A stretch of DNA of 64,000 nt from Candidatus Caccalectryoclostridium excrementigallinarum (GTDB lineage: Bacteria; Bacillota; Clostridia; Christensenellales; UBA3700): positions 4,135-68,134 of the forward strand of contig DVNJ01000032.1 of NCBI GenBank assembly GCA_018714485.1. The letters are read 5' to 3'. The notes below the pieces were generated by a model. The model did no database searches. It was not told the origin of the DNA and saw only the letters and a list, made by a program, of their open reading frames with translations. Below, one piece after another: positions 1 to 9,982 of the stretch (position 1 is the stretch's first letter; each line of letters begins with the position of its first letter). A program made the position numbers and the translations under genes.

Positions 1-122
1 GTTGCGGTAACTTGCGGCATTTTGCCGCAAATCAAACATATATCGGGATAAGGCTTTCGTTGTGTGAAAATTTTCGGCGTTACCGAGCGTCTGCGGCGCT
101 ATTTGATATGAGGTCGGTAAAG

Positions 123-461
123 TTATTTGTTTTTGGTCGTATTGATCGACTTGATCAAAATACTTCTGATACTGCCGCACTCATTCAGCAAAGCGGAGAC
201 TTCCTGAGCGTCGAGATAGCCGGTGGAAGAAATTAGATCAAGCCAATATTCGCTTTCGTAGCACTCTTTAAGAGCTATCTGCAATTTGTTTACAAAGTCG
301 CTTTTGCTGGCGGCATAATTTGCCTCGTGGATATTGGCGCCGATCGATGTTGCACTTCTGACGAGTTGCTTTGCCAAAATGTTTTGTATGCCGTCATTTT
401 TCAGCTTATTGCAAGTTTGTAAAATATGCAACGAAAAAGTTTTAGATTTCTCTTGCAGCAT
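123..461 (-). CDS. four-helix bundle protein (23S rRNA intervening-sequence protein / Avd-like family)
   Basis: Internal Met of ORF 123..641 with AAGGAGG upstream of the ATG at 461. Sequence QLVRSATSIGANIHEA...ECYESEYWLDL is typical of this family. Confidence 0.8.
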   Translation of the reverse strand: MLQEKSKTFSLHILQTCNKLKNDGIQNILAKQLVRSATSIGANIHEANYAASKSDFVNKLQIALKECYESEYWLDLISSTGYLDAQEVSALLNECGSIRSILIKSINTTKNK

Positions 462-758
462 GGATGCCTCCTTATCATATATCCATTGTGTGCATCGTCT
501 TTTTAATGAGCGCGGCTTGACGCGCTCCGCCGCAACGCACGACGAGCGCGAAGCTGTATCGTCGTGCATTTCACGTGCCCTCTCGTCGCTTTGCGGTTTG
601 AGGGCACATTTCACGTTTTTGCTTCGGCAAAAACATTTCACTTTTGCGCGGAAGATATGCTCGCATATTGCTCGCTTTTATCCGCGCAAAAATTTCACGT
701 CCGTAGCAAGGGCACACAATTTCGCTTATCGCTCATTGCGCCCTTGCGCAGGACAATC

Positions 759-2033
759 TTAAAGCACCTTAGATAAAAATTCTTTGAGTCTCGCGTCCTT
801 GGGTGCGCCGAAGAGTTCGGCGGGCGGGGCGTCTTCTTTGATAATGCCTTCGTCGATAAAGAGCACGCGCGTCGCCACTTCGCGGGCAAAGCCTATCTCG
901 TGGGTGACGATAACCATGGTCATGCCGCCTTCGGCAAGTTCCTTGATGACTTCCAAGACCTCGCCGACCATTTCCGGGTCGAGCGCGGAAGTGGGTTCGT
1001 CAAAGAGCATGACGCGCGGATTCATCGCCAAGGCGCGCACGATGGCTATGCGCTGCTTTTGTCCGCCCGAGAGAGTTGAAGGGTAGACGTCGGCTTTGTC
1101 TTCCAAGCCCACGCGTTTGAGGAGCCTGCGCGCCGTCGCTTTGGCGTTTTCGGCAAGTTCGAGCTTGGTGGGCAGGGCGGCGAGCTGCTCGCTCACGTCC
1201 TCGCCCTTCAGCTTGCGCTTTAAGAGCTGCTTTTTCTTTGCCTTGACGTCTTTAAGCCCCAAAGAAAGGGGAGCCAAGACGATGTTTTCCGTGACGGTCA
1301 GGTTGTTGAAAAGATTGAAATGCTGAAAGACCATGCCCATGTTTCGCCTGTGTTCGTCGATCGAGGCGTTGGTCTTTTTCATGGACGCATTATGCGCCTT
1401 TTTGGCTTTGAGATATTGCTCTTGAGCCTCGGCTTTTGCCGCTTTGAGGCGCGCGAGTTCGTCTTTGTCGAGCAGGGCTTTTGCTTCCGACTTTTTTTGC
1501 TTTATCTTGGCGTTTACGCCCGCAAGACGCGTTTTCAGCTCGGCTTTTCTCTCGCCGAGAGAGGTTAAGTTCGCCTGCTCTCTGTCCAAGTCTTCCTGCG
1601 TTACGCTTCCCGTGCCGCGGGCAAGCTTGACTTTGAGCAGTTTGACCTTGGTCGAGCCTTCTTTGAGCAGGGAATTTGTCTTTTCAAGCTCTTTTTTGAG
1701 TTCGCCCGCTTCCGCGCGGTGAGCCTTGACTTCTTCCGAGTTTTCGCCCGAGATCAGCAGCTTTATCTGCTTTTTTATCGCTTCTAAATTATCTTTTTTC
1801 GCCGTGAGTTCGCTTTCGAAGAGCACTTCGCCGTCCACGCTCACAACGCCGCCCGAAGGTATCTCAAGCAGGTTGAGGCAGCGTAAAAAGGTGGATTTGC
1901 CGCTTCCCGACGGTCCGATGACGGCGACCTTTTCGCCCACTTTGATGTCGCAGTCAATGCCGCGCAAGACGTCTTTTTGCCCGAAACGCTTGGTGAGAGC
2001 GCGGGTGGAGATAAGCACTTTTTCTTCCTTCAT
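759..2033 (-). CDS. polar amino-acid ABC transporter ATP-binding protein with large K/E-rich insertions
   Basis: Walker [11 protein letters not shown]-loop MVFQHFNLF, signature LSGGQKQR, Walker [13 protein letters not shown]-loop VTHE. It is 424 aa, whereas the GlnQ/ArtP type is about 240 aa. Confidence 0.9.
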   Translation of the reverse strand: MKEEKVLISTRALTKRFGQKDVLRGIDCDIKVGEKVAVIGPSGSGKSTFLRCLNLLEIPSGGVVSVDGEVLFESELTAKKDNLEAIKKQIKLLISGENSEEVKAHRAEAGELKKELEKTNSLLKEGSTKVKLLKVKLARGTGSVTQEDLDREQANLTSLGERKAELKTRLAGVNAKIKQKKSEAKALLDKDELARLKAAKAEAQEQYLKAKKAHNASMKKTNASIDEHRRNMGMVFQHFNLFNNLTVTENIVLAPLSLGLKDVKAKKKQLLKRKLKGEDVSEQLAALPTKLELAENAKATARRLLKRVGLEDKADVYPSTLSGGQKQRIAIVRALAMNPRVMLFDEPTSALDPEMVGEVLEVIKELAEGGMTMVIVTHEIGFAREVATRVLFIDEGIIKEDAPPAELFGAPKDARLKEFLSKVL

Positions 2034-2719
2034 CTGTTATCGCTCCTTCTCAAACGTTTTTCCAGGGCATTGAGCAGCATGGTCATGATAAGTACGGTGA
2101 CAAAATAGACTATCGCCGCGAATATGTAAGGGGTGAGCACATTGTAAGAGGCGGCGACTATGCTGCGTATCGCCGTGAAAAATTCGCTCACGCCGATGAC
2201 GAGCGCCACGGACGTATCCTTGACCAAAGTGATCGCCTCGTTGCCGAGCGGCGGGATAATGCTCTTTGCCGCCTGCGGGATTATCACCGAACGCATGGTC
2301 TTGCCGTAGCTTAGACCCAGCGCGCGTCCCGCTTCCATCTGTCCTTTGTCTACGCTCAAAATGCCCGCCCTTATCGTTTCGGAGACATATGCCGCGGAGT
2401 TGAGACCGAAGCCGATGACGGCGATAAAGTAAGGGTGCAGGTTCGTGTTGAAGAAAGTGATCTTCGCAAAGATGATGAAATAAAAGATGAACAGCTGCAC
2501 CGTGAGCGGCGTTCCGCGGAAGATCGCCACATAAACCGTGACTATCTTGTCGAGTATTTTGGCGACGATGTTTGTCTTGGGAATGACTTTACATACGGCG
2601 ATGAGCGTGCCGAGAATTATGCCGATGACAAGCGCACCCACCGTGATGAAAATAGTCCAACCGTATGCCCTGCCAAGAGTGGCGGCGGCGTCGGATATAA
2701 GGGAGAAATCAAATTGCAT
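2030..2719 (-). CDS. amino-acid ABC transporter permease (HisM/GlnP type)
   Basis: Multi-TM protein with an EAA-like loop ([23 protein letters not shown]). Overlaps the ATPase gene by 4 nt. Confidence 0.9.
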   Translation of the reverse strand: MQFDFSLISDAAATLGRAYGWTIFITVGALVIGIILGTLIAVCKVIPKTNIVAKILDKIVTVYVAIFRGTPLTVQLFIFYFIIFAKITFFNTNLHPYFIAVIGFGLNSAAYVSETIRAGILSVDKGQMEAGRALGLSYGKTMRSVIIPQAAKSIIPPLGNEAITLVKDTSVALVIGVSEFFTAIRSIVAASYNVLTPYIFAAIVYFVTVLIMTMLLNALEKRLRRSDNR

Positions 2720-2793
2720 AAGCCCCTCAAAAAATCAGGACAAGCCGAAGAACTTCGACTTGTCCTTCTCGTTGTTTGTTGAGATCTCGGTGC

Positions 2794-3642
2794 TTAGCCG
2801 AAATACTTGGTCATGTTCTGTTCCCAGAAGCCGCTTTCTTTCATCTCGGCGATAGCGGAGTTGATCCAATCGGCGAGAGCCTTGTTGCCTTCGGAAACGG
2901 CAAAGGCGTAAGCGTCTTCAAAGACGGGAGTTTCGAGGATCTTGACCTTTCCCGCATTTTCCGCCTTGGAAACGATCGCTTCGGCGGGATACTTATCCAA
3001 AATGACCGCGTCGAGCTTGCCGTTGATGAGATCGGTCACGGCAAGAGCGCCGCTCTGGAATCCCTTAGCTTGGGCGGGCTTGCCCAAAATGGGGCTGTCG
3101 AGCAGGACGTTGCCCTCGTCGTCAAAGTCATACGCCCAGTCTTCGCTCATTTGCGCAAGCTGCAGACCGACCGTTCCGTTCTGTCCGCCGACCACTTTGC
3201 CTTCAAGGTCGAACGCGTCCTGAATATCCGTGTTGTCGCTGCGCACGATTATCATCTGCGTGCTGTCGAAAACGTTTTCGGAAAAGTCAACGGTCTCGTC
3301 TCTGGTGGGGTTGATGGAAATGCCCGCCATGGCGATATGTGCGCGGCCGGTGGAGACGGCGGAGAGCACGCTGTCAAATTCCATGTGCTGGATGTCGACC
3401 TTGACTCCGAGCAGGCGTGCAAGTTCTCTGGCGATGTCCATGTCCCAACCGATTATGGTCTTGCCGTCCTTGTCAAAATATTCGAAAGGCTCGAATTCCG
3501 CATTGGTGGCGATGACCAAAGTGCCGTATTCCTTGATCTCGTCGGGACCCATGCCGGCGAGGTCGACGCAGGCGGTAAGACCCACCGCCGCCACAACGGC
3601 AACGAGCACGACCGCGATCACGATCAAAAGCTTCTTTTTCAT
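2794..3642 (-). CDS. amino-acid ABC transporter substrate-binding lipoprotein
   Basis: Signal peptide plus lipobox (GLTAC), type 3 periplasmic-binding fold sequence. First gene of the operon. Confidence 0.9.
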   Translation of the reverse strand: MKKKLLIVIAVVLVAVVAAVGLTACVDLAGMGPDEIKEYGTLVIATNAEFEPFEYFDKDGKTIIGWDMDIARELARLLGVKVDIQHMEFDSVLSAVSTGRAHIAMAGISINPTRDETVDFSENVFDSTQMIIVRSDNTDIQDAFDLEGKVVGGQNGTVGLQLAQMSEDWAYDFDDEGNVLLDSPILGKPAQAKGFQSGALAVTDLINGKLDAVILDKYPAEAIVSKAENAGKVKILETPVFEDAYAFAVSEGNKALADWINSAIAEMKESGFWEQNMTKYFG

Positions 3643-3689
3643 TTTTATCTCCTTATTTTCGGAAAGTCCTCTTTCCTTTACAGGCGTAT

Positions 3690-3718
3690 ATTATATCACG
3701 TCCCGCGCGCCTTGGCAA
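3690..3718 (-). promoter_or_regulatory. sigma-A type promoter of the ABC operon (TTGCCA-17-TATAAT, extended TG)
   Basis: Minus strand reads TTGCCAaggcgcgcgggacgTGaTATAAT about 45 nt upstream of the ATG at 3642. An 8-bp inverted repeat TTTGCATA-N10-TATGCAAA (3742-3767) lies just upstream. Confidence 0.5.
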
Positions 3719-3971
3719 TAAAATGTAAAACTTTTGCGAAATTTGCATAAATGAATAAATATGCAAAACAAAGCGTTGATTTTTGTGTTAAAAAATAACG
3801 ATATGTTAAGTATAGCGGAAAAGAGATAACAAAAAGCCTTGCCGCTTGCGTGCGGGACAAAACTTGTATGTAGCTAAGAGTGCGGTCGTCGGGCGCAGGC
3901 GTTTTGATCTATGCAAGGCTTTTGACCCGGCAAAGCGAGCTTTTTTTCTTGCGTTGGTGAGGCTTATAAAA

Positions 3972-4144
3972 TTCAGACGATGTTTTGAGTGCTCTCTTCG
4001 CGTTTTTTCGGGATCTTGCTGTCACTCAGGGAAAGGCGGTCGTGCCGATGACGGCGGAGCTTTTTGTCCTGCGCGCGTGGCTTGGGAAGTTCAGACGATG
4101 TTTTGAGTGCTCTCTTCGCGTTTTTTCAAGATCTTGCCTATCAC
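3972..4144. repeat. tandem duplication of the 3' end of the MATE gene (2 copies, period 118 bp)
   Basis: TTCAGACGATGTTTTGAGTGCTCTCTTCGCGTTTTTTC is identical at 3972-4009 and 4090-4127, followed by diverged continuations. The second copy is the real stop region of the CDS. Confidence 0.85.
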
Positions 4145-5461
4145 GCATAAGAAGGTGATCGTGCTGATGAGTGCGCTGCCTATGTCCGCCGCCGGCTCGG
4201 CATAGAAGACCGCGCTCACGCCGAAGAGGGCGGGCAGGGCGAAGGTGAGCGAGAGCAGCAAGACTATCTTGCGCGTGAGCGAGAGAGTTATGGCAAAGCG
4301 CGGCTGCCCCAGCCCCGTCAGCGCGTCCACAAAGGCATATTGCAGGGCGAGGGGGATAATGCCTATCATATATTTGCGAATGCCGCTTATGCTGTTTTGC
4401 GTGATGACGGCGTCGCTCGTGAAGAGGGAGACGAAGGGCTTTGCGATCCCCCATGAGAGGGCGAACATGAGCGTCGTGAAGCATAAACAGAGCAGGACGA
4501 TCGTCTTTTCCGCCCTTTTGATGAGCGCGGTGTTGCGCGCGCCGTAATTGAACGCCAAAACGGGCTGCGTGCCCGTGGTTATGCCGAGCATGGGCATGGT
4601 GATGAGGGAGAGGAACGCCTGAACGATGGTCGCCACCGTCACCCACATATCCCCGTCCGCGCCGCCGTATTTTTGCAAAACGGCGTTGAGGACGATGATT
4701 ATTATGCTGTCCGTGGCGGTGATGAAAAAGGGCGAAAGTCCCATTTTGACTATGTGCAGCATGGTCTTGGCGCTGCAACTGCGCAGCGAAAGGCGCACCT
4801 TTGTCTTGGGCAGCAGTAAAAAGATCACTACAAAGAGAGTAGAAAGTCCCTGCGAGAGCACGGTCGCCGCCGCCGCGCCCGTCACGCCCATGTCAAAGGT
4901 GAAGATGAAGAGGGGATCGAGGGCGATGTTCGCCACCGCGCCGATGCAGACGGTCGCCATGGCTATGCCCGAATAACCCTGAGCGGTGATATATTGATTC
5001 AAGCCCGCCGAGAGCACGGCGAAGACGCAGCCGCTCGCATAGACGAGCATATATTCCCTGGCGTAAGGATAGGTATTCTCGCTCGCGCCGAAGGTCATGA
5101 GCAGCGGCTTTAAGAGGGGGAGAATGAGGGCGGTGAGCAGGGCGGAGATGACAAGCAGCATGATGAGCGCGTTGGAGAGTATTTTGCGCGCGTTGTCGTT
5201 CCTGCCTTCACCCATGCACATGGCAAAGACGGGCGCGCCGCCCAAGCCCACCAGCGAGGCAAAAGAGGTTATCAAAGTGGTGACGGGCGCGCATACGCCC
5301 ACGCCGGCGAGCGCGAGATCGCCAACCAATTCCATGTTCCCCACGAAGATCCTGTCCACTATCGAATAGAGGACGTTGATCAGCTGCGCCACCATGGCGG
5401 GCACGGCGAGGCGCAGGCAGGTGCGGAGCACTTTGGGAGAAGAGAGGTCTATGCTTTTCAT
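4091..5461 (-). CDS. MATE family efflux transporter
   Basis: About 12 TM segments. N-terminal LRLAVPAMVAQLINVLYSIVDRIFVG is typical of MATE. Start chosen at MKSIDL (the alternative is 5500). Confidence 0.85.
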   Translation of the reverse strand: MKSIDLSSPKVLRTCLRLAVPAMVAQLINVLYSIVDRIFVGNMELVGDLALAGVGVCAPVTTLITSFASLVGLGGAPVFAMCMGEGRNDNARKILSNALIMLLVISALLTALILPLLKPLLMTFGASENTYPYAREYMLVYASGCVFAVLSAGLNQYITAQGYSGIAMATVCIGAVANIALDPLFIFTFDMGVTGAAAATVLSQGLSTLFVVIFLLLPKTKVRLSLRSCSAKTMLHIVKMGLSPFFITATDSIIIIVLNAVLQKYGGADGDMWVTVATIVQAFLSLITMPMLGITTGTQPVLAFNYGARNTALIKRAEKTIVLLCLCFTTLMFALSWGIAKPFVSLFTSDAVITQNSISGIRKYMIGIIPLALQYAFVDALTGLGQPRFAITLSLTRKIVLLLSLTFALPALFGVSAVFYAEPAADIGSALISTITFLCVIGKILKKREESTQNIV

Positions 5462-5634
5462 GGCGAATAAGATAATAAGCGCGCTTTGCGGAAAAGTCAA
5501 TCAAAGCAGGGAAGAAAAATAAAAATAAAGCCTTATTTTAAGTGTACATTGTAAAAACAACGCAAAGAAAGGGTCGGGGTCTTGCCAAGAGCGGCGTTAT
5601 ATGGTACGATGTCAAAGGAAAAACAAAAAAGGGA

Positions 5635-6738
5635 ATGAAAATGAAAAAAGCTCTCAAAGTTACGGGAATAACTCTGCTCGCGCTGCTCATCGCGCTCATC
5701 GTCGCGGCGCTTTGCTATGTCCTTTACGTCGTCATCGAATATGACAGGATAGAGGATAACTTGCAGCTTGAAGTGAGCGCGGGCAACGTGCAGGAATCGG
5801 CTCAAAAGGGCGAGGAATATTCCATAGTGACTTATAATATCGGTTTCGGCGCCTATTCGCCCGAATATTCCTTCTTTTTGGACAGCGGCGAGATGTTGGA
5901 CGGAACGCAGGTGACGGGGATATACGCCAAGGGTCTGAGCAAAGAGGACGTGCAGAAGAACACGGACGGGGCGGTGAACACCCTCAAAGGGCTTGATGCG
6001 GACTTTTATTTCGTGCAGGAAGTGGACGTGGACGGCGACAGGAGCTATCATATCGACCAGCTCGCGGCGCTGCGCGAGGCGCTTGGCGGGGACGGCACCT
6101 TCGCCGAGAACTTCCACAGCGCCTATCTGCTCTATCCCTTCAACGATCCGCACGGCAAGAACACCGCCGGCATCGCCACTTTTTCCAAGGTGAAGATAAA
6201 TTCCGCCGTGCGCCGCAGCTATCCCGTGGACACGGGCTTTGCCAAATTCTTCGATCTCGACAGGTGCTTTTCCGTGCATCGCCTGAGCGTGGAGGGCGGA
6301 AAGGAACTCGTGCTCATCAACAGCCATATGTCCGCCTATGACGAGGGCGGAACGATACGCGCGCAGCAGCTGGAAATGCTCAACGAGGTGATGGCGGAGG
6401 AATACGCCAAGGGCAATTACGTCATCGTGGGCGGCGACTTCAACCACGAACTCGCGGACAGCTTCGGGACCTTCCCGTCCGAGCAAAAGCAGCCCACCTG
6501 GGCATATAAGTTGACAAGCGAGGACTTGACGGACGGCTTTTCGATCGCCGCAAGCAAGGAGGGGACGGGCACCTGCCGCGCCGCCGAGATACCCTATGAA
6601 GAGGGCGTGAATTATCTGACCGTTCTCGACGGCTTCCTCGTGTCAAGCAACGTGGAAGTGAGTGCGGTGAAAAACGTGGACACGGGCTTTGCCTATTCCG
6701 ATCACAATCCCGTTCAGATGACTTTCGTGCTCAAATAA
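5635..6738 (+). CDS. endonuclease/exonuclease/phosphatase (EEP) family protein, membrane anchored
   Basis: N-terminal TM helix. EEP motifs VQEVD, NSHMSAYDEGG, GGDFNH, SDHNPV. Confidence 0.8.
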   Translation: MKMKKALKVTGITLLALLIALIVAALCYVLYVVIEYDRIEDNLQLEVSAGNVQESAQKGEEYSIVTYNIGFGAYSPEYSFFLDSGEMLDGTQVTGIYAKGLSKEDVQKNTDGAVNTLKGLDADFYFVQEVDVDGDRSYHIDQLAALREALGGDGTFAENFHSAYLLYPFNDPHGKNTAGIATFSKVKINSAVRRSYPVDTGFAKFFDLDRCFSVHRLSVEGGKELVLINSHMSAYDEGGTIRAQQLEMLNEVMAEEYAKGNYVIVGGDFNHELADSFGTFPSEQKQPTWAYKLTSEDLTDGFSIAASKEGTGTCRAAEIPYEEGVNYLTVLDGFLVSSNVEVSAVKNVDTGFAYSDHNPVQMTFVLK

Positions 6739-6778
6739 GGGGGCAGGGGCGGAAAAACGCGGATAACGGCAAGTAAAA

Positions 6779-6802
6779 AGCGGCGCGGGGCGTCGCTTTT
6801 TT
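6779..6802. terminator. intrinsic terminator between convergent genes
   Basis: AGCGGCG-cgggg-CGTCGCT followed by TTTTTT and preceded by an A-run. Confidence 0.55.
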
Positions 6803-6845
6803 GTCGCATTCGAGATGTTTTCTTCGCGCGTTTTTGCGGATATTT

Positions 6846-7808
6846 TCAGCGCGCTCCCGAGATCTTATGCGGGAGATAAAGCTCGTCGATATAGCTCACG
6901 TCTTGCTCCGTCAGCTTTATCTCGAAGGCGCCCGCCGCGTCGTCTAAATATTTTTCCTTGGTCGCGCCGATGACGGGACTTGCCACGCCTTTGGCAAAGT
7001 GCCACGCCAAGGTTATCCCCGTCATGGTCGTCGAGTATTTTTGCGCCAATTCGTGAATGCGCGCGCAGATGCTCTTGTCCTCGTCTTCCGTCGAGTCGTA
7101 TTTGCGCTTTGCGACCGCGTCCGTTTGGCTGCGCAGCGTCCCCGCCTCCCAATTCGGGCGCGAGCATCTTCCCGCTGCCAAGGGGCTGTAAGGGGTGAGC
7201 GCCACGTTCATCTTGCGGCAGATGGGGATAAGTTCGCGCTCGTCTTCGCGGTAGAGCGGGTTATAGTGGTTTTGCATGGAGACAAAGGGGGTGAAGCCGT
7301 TGTCGCGCGCGCAAAGCTGCATGTCGTAAAATTGATAGCCGTACATCGCCGAGGCGCCGAGGGCGCGCACCTTGCCCGCCTTGACAAGCTTGTCGAGCGC
7401 CTGCATGGTCTCTTGAACGGGAGTGTCGTAGTCGAAGCGGTGAATGATATAGAGGTCGAGATAGTCCGTGCCGAGGCGTTTGAGCGAGCCGTCGATCTCC
7501 CGCTCGATCGCCGCCGCCGAGAGGGCGCCCTCGTTGAAATAGACTTTCGAGGCGATGACGATCTTGTCGCGCGCGACGTTTTTCTTCAAGGCTCTGCCGA
7601 GGTATTCCTCGCTCGTGCCGGCGGAATAGCAATTCGCCGTGTCGAAAAAGTTGATGCCGAGTGAGAGCGCGTGCCTGACTATCTCTTCGCTGCGCTCGGG
7701 GTCGAGCGTCCAGGCGTGCATCTTGCTCGCGGGATCGCCGAAGCTCATGCAGCCGAGGCAGAGCTTGGACACTTTTATGCCGCTGTTTCCCAAAGTCGTA
7801 TATTCCAT
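6846..7808 (-). CDS. aldo/keto reductase
   Basis: MEYTTLGNSGIKVSKLCLGCMSFG, FDTANCYSAGTSEEYLG and other AKR motifs. Start at the internal Met. Confidence 0.9.
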   Translation of the reverse strand: MEYTTLGNSGIKVSKLCLGCMSFGDPASKMHAWTLDPERSEEIVRHALSLGINFFDTANCYSAGTSEEYLGRALKKNVARDKIVIASKVYFNEGALSAAAIEREIDGSLKRLGTDYLDLYIIHRFDYDTPVQETMQALDKLVKAGKVRALGASAMYGYQFYDMQLCARDNGFTPFVSMQNHYNPLYREDERELIPICRKMNVALTPYSPLAAGRCSRPNWEAGTLRSQTDAVAKRKYDSTEDEDKSICARIHELAQKYSTTMTGITLAWHFAKGVASPVIGATKEKYLDDAAGAFEIKLTEQDVSYIDELYLPHKISGAR

Positions 7809-7929
7809 TATTCCGTATCTCTCCTTCGCCGCGCCCGCGGCTTTTAACAAAAAAATTATAAAGCAAAATTTTGCGTCTGTCAACGGCGAAAAAGCGCGCA
7901 AGCCGCCGCGTTTGTGCTATAATCGGGAT

Positions 7930-8502
7930 ATGGACGTTTTCAACGCGAGAAAAAAGGGCAAAAGCCTCATGCTTTTTCCCGAAGATTACACGGTCGTGGA
8001 CATCGAGACCACGGGACTTTATTCGGGGGAGAGCGAGATAATCGAGATCTCCGCCCTCAGATACCGGGCGCGCCGCCTCACGGACAGCTTCTCCACGCTC
8101 GTAAGACCGCAAAACCCCGTGAGCGCGTTCATCACCGAGCTTACGGGCATAACGGACGAGATGGCGCGCGGCGGCGCCGAACCCGAACAGGCGCTGCGCG
8201 CCTTCCGAAAGTTCGCGGGCGGGGACATCATCGTGGGCTACAACGTCAATTTCGACGTCAACTTTCTCTATGACGCCCTATATTCGCGCTTGGGCGAGGT
8301 CTTCGACAACGACTTTGTGGACGTGCTGCGCTTTGCGCGCCGCCTGCTCCCCGCTCTCTCGAATCATAGGCAGACGACCGTCGCGGGGTTTTTCGGCATA
8401 GACGTCGCGGGAGCGCACCGCGCGGAAAAGGACTGCCTCATCTGCGCGGCTTGCTTAGAGCGTCTGCGCGCCATGGCGGACGAGAAGAAAATTCAATTTT
8501 AG
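7930..8502 (+). CDS. 3'-5' exonuclease (DnaQ / PolIII epsilon-like)
   Basis: Exo motifs VVDIETTGL, VGYNVNFDVNFL, HRAEKDC. Confidence 0.85.
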   Translation: MDVFNARKKGKSLMLFPEDYTVVDIETTGLYSGESEIIEISALRYRARRLTDSFSTLVRPQNPVSAFITELTGITDEMARGGAEPEQALRAFRKFAGGDIIVGYNVNFDVNFLYDALYSRLGEVFDNDFVDVLRFARRLLPALSNHRQTTVAGFFGIDVAGAHRAEKDCLICAACLERLRAMADEKKIQF

Positions 8503-8520
8503 CGCCTTCAGGGAGGGACC

Positions 8521-8997
8521 ATGCAATTCGACGACATCAAAAGCTATCTTACGGAAAAAGGTTACGGTGAGAGGGTGAAGGAATTTCCCGTCTCGAGCGC
8601 GACGGTGGAGCTTGCCGCCGCGGCGGTGGGCTGCGAGGCGGCGCGGATCGCCAAGACGCTCTCTTTCCTGCTCGACGGCGGCGCCGCGCTCATCGTGGCG
8701 GCGGGCGACGTTAAGGCGGACAACAAAAAGTTCAAGCAATGCTTCGGACAAAAAGCGCGCATGATCCCCTTCGAGCAGGTGGAGGAGATGACGGGTTTCA
8801 AGCCGGGCGGCGTCTGCCCATTTTGCGCGAAAGAGGGCGTGAAAGTGTTTTTGGACGTCTCTTTGCGCCGCTTTGACGTCGTCTATCCCGCCGCGGGCAG
8901 CTCAAACAGTGCGGTGGAGCTGACGGTCCAAGAACTTTTCGAGCTTTCCCGCGCGGACGGCTGGGTGGACGTCTGCCGCGAAAAGAGCGAGGGATAA
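8521..8997 (+). CDS. YbaK/EbsC family aminoacyl-tRNA deacylase domain protein
   Basis: Length and sequence (IAKTLSFL..., KPGGVCPF) fit the YbaK/ProX editing domain. Confidence 0.8.
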   Translation: MQFDDIKSYLTEKGYGERVKEFPVSSATVELAAAAVGCEAARIAKTLSFLLDGGAALIVAAGDVKADNKKFKQCFGQKARMIPFEQVEEMTGFKPGGVCPFCAKEGVKVFLDVSLRRFDVVYPAAGSSNSAVELTVQELFELSRADGWVDVCREKSEG

Positions 8998-9083
8998 AAG
9001 TCAAATATTGACAGATAAATAAATATATGTTATAATATGAAAAAGCCGCGCGGGCGTCGAGCGCGAGCGGCGGGAGGGGACTT

Positions 9084-9569
9084 ATGATAATCAACATCAA
9101 GAACAAGATAGTTTCGCTGCGCGGCTCGTCCGACATCACCGACACCGAGGGCAACAAGGTCTTCACGGTCAAGGGCAAGGTCTTCAGTTTCCGCCGCAAG
9201 AAGTTTCTCTACGACAAGGACGGAAGGCTGCTTTTCAGGATACAGAACAAGTTCATCAACTGGTTCGTGCACCGCGCCTTCATCTTCGACGGCGAGGGGA
9301 ACAAGGTCTGCTCGGTCAAGGACAAATGGTTCAACGTCAACAACGAATATTTTGTCTATGACTGCAAGGACGAGATCAAGATAGACGGAAAATTCATGTC
9401 GCGCGACTCGCGCATTTTGCGCAACGGCGAGGTCATCGGCTTTCTTCACCGCAATTTCGACATCTTGCGCGACAGTTTTCAGCTGGAAGCTCAACCGAGC
9501 GATCTGCCCTTTTTGGCGGCGCTCATCATCGCCCTCGACAACATCGTGGACAACAGGCAGAACGGCTGA
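9084..9569 (+). CDS. LURP-one-related / tubby C-terminal-like (DUF567) protein
   Basis: Repeated beta-hairpin pattern (KGKVFSFRRKKFLYDKDGRLLFRI...) characteristic of the family. Confidence 0.7.
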   Translation: MIINIKNKIVSLRGSSDITDTEGNKVFTVKGKVFSFRRKKFLYDKDGRLLFRIQNKFINWFVHRAFIFDGEGNKVCSVKDKWFNVNNEYFVYDCKDEIKIDGKFMSRDSRILRNGEVIGFLHRNFDILRDSFQLEAQPSDLPFLAALIIALDNIVDNRQNG

Positions 9570-9673
9570 TAAATTCGAAAAATTTTCCCGCGGCTATAGA
9601 CGGTCTTTCGCGGCGGGGGTATAATAAGAGTGGACACAAAGTGTCCCGATCATAAAAAAGGAGGTGTTACGTC

Positions 9674-9895
9674 ATGACGTGGTTCAATAAGCAAAGCCGC
9701 CTGGTGCAGGTCATACTGCTGCTCATTCCCGGCGTGAACTGGATAACCGAGATAATCGTGCGCTGGTCGACGTTCTTCAAAAAGGGCGGCGCGCTCAGGC
9801 TCATCATCAGCTTGATAGTGACGTTTGTGGGTTTCTTCGTGGGCTGGATAGACGTTATCTGTGTCCTCATAACCAAGCATCTCTTGTTCCAGTAA
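9674..9895 (+). CDS. small membrane protein (2 TM), function unknown
   Basis: AAAGGAGG RBS 8 nt upstream, two hydrophobic helices, followed by a terminator. Confidence 0.55.
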   Translation: MTWFNKQSRLVQVILLLIPGVNWITEIIVRWSTFFKKGGALRLIISLIVTFVGFFVGWIDVICVLITKHLLFQ

Positions 9896-9902
9896 AGAAA
9901 GC

Positions 9903-9927
9903 AGGCTCCTTCGGGAGCCTTGTTTTT
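9903..9927 (+). terminator. intrinsic terminator
   Basis: AGGCTCC-TTCG-GGAGCCT followed by TGTTTTT. Confidence 0.7.
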
Positions 9928-9982
9928 ACTTTTTTAGCGGCGGTTTGTTGCTTATTTTCCCGCCGCGCGTTATCATATACTT

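Noticed and set aside
4022-4040. 19-nt exact match TCACTCAGGGAAAGGCGGT between the MATE-duplication spacer and metH (42008-42026)
   Set aside because: It is a single short match with no extended similarity on either side. It is compatible with chance in a 64-kb GC-rich window.
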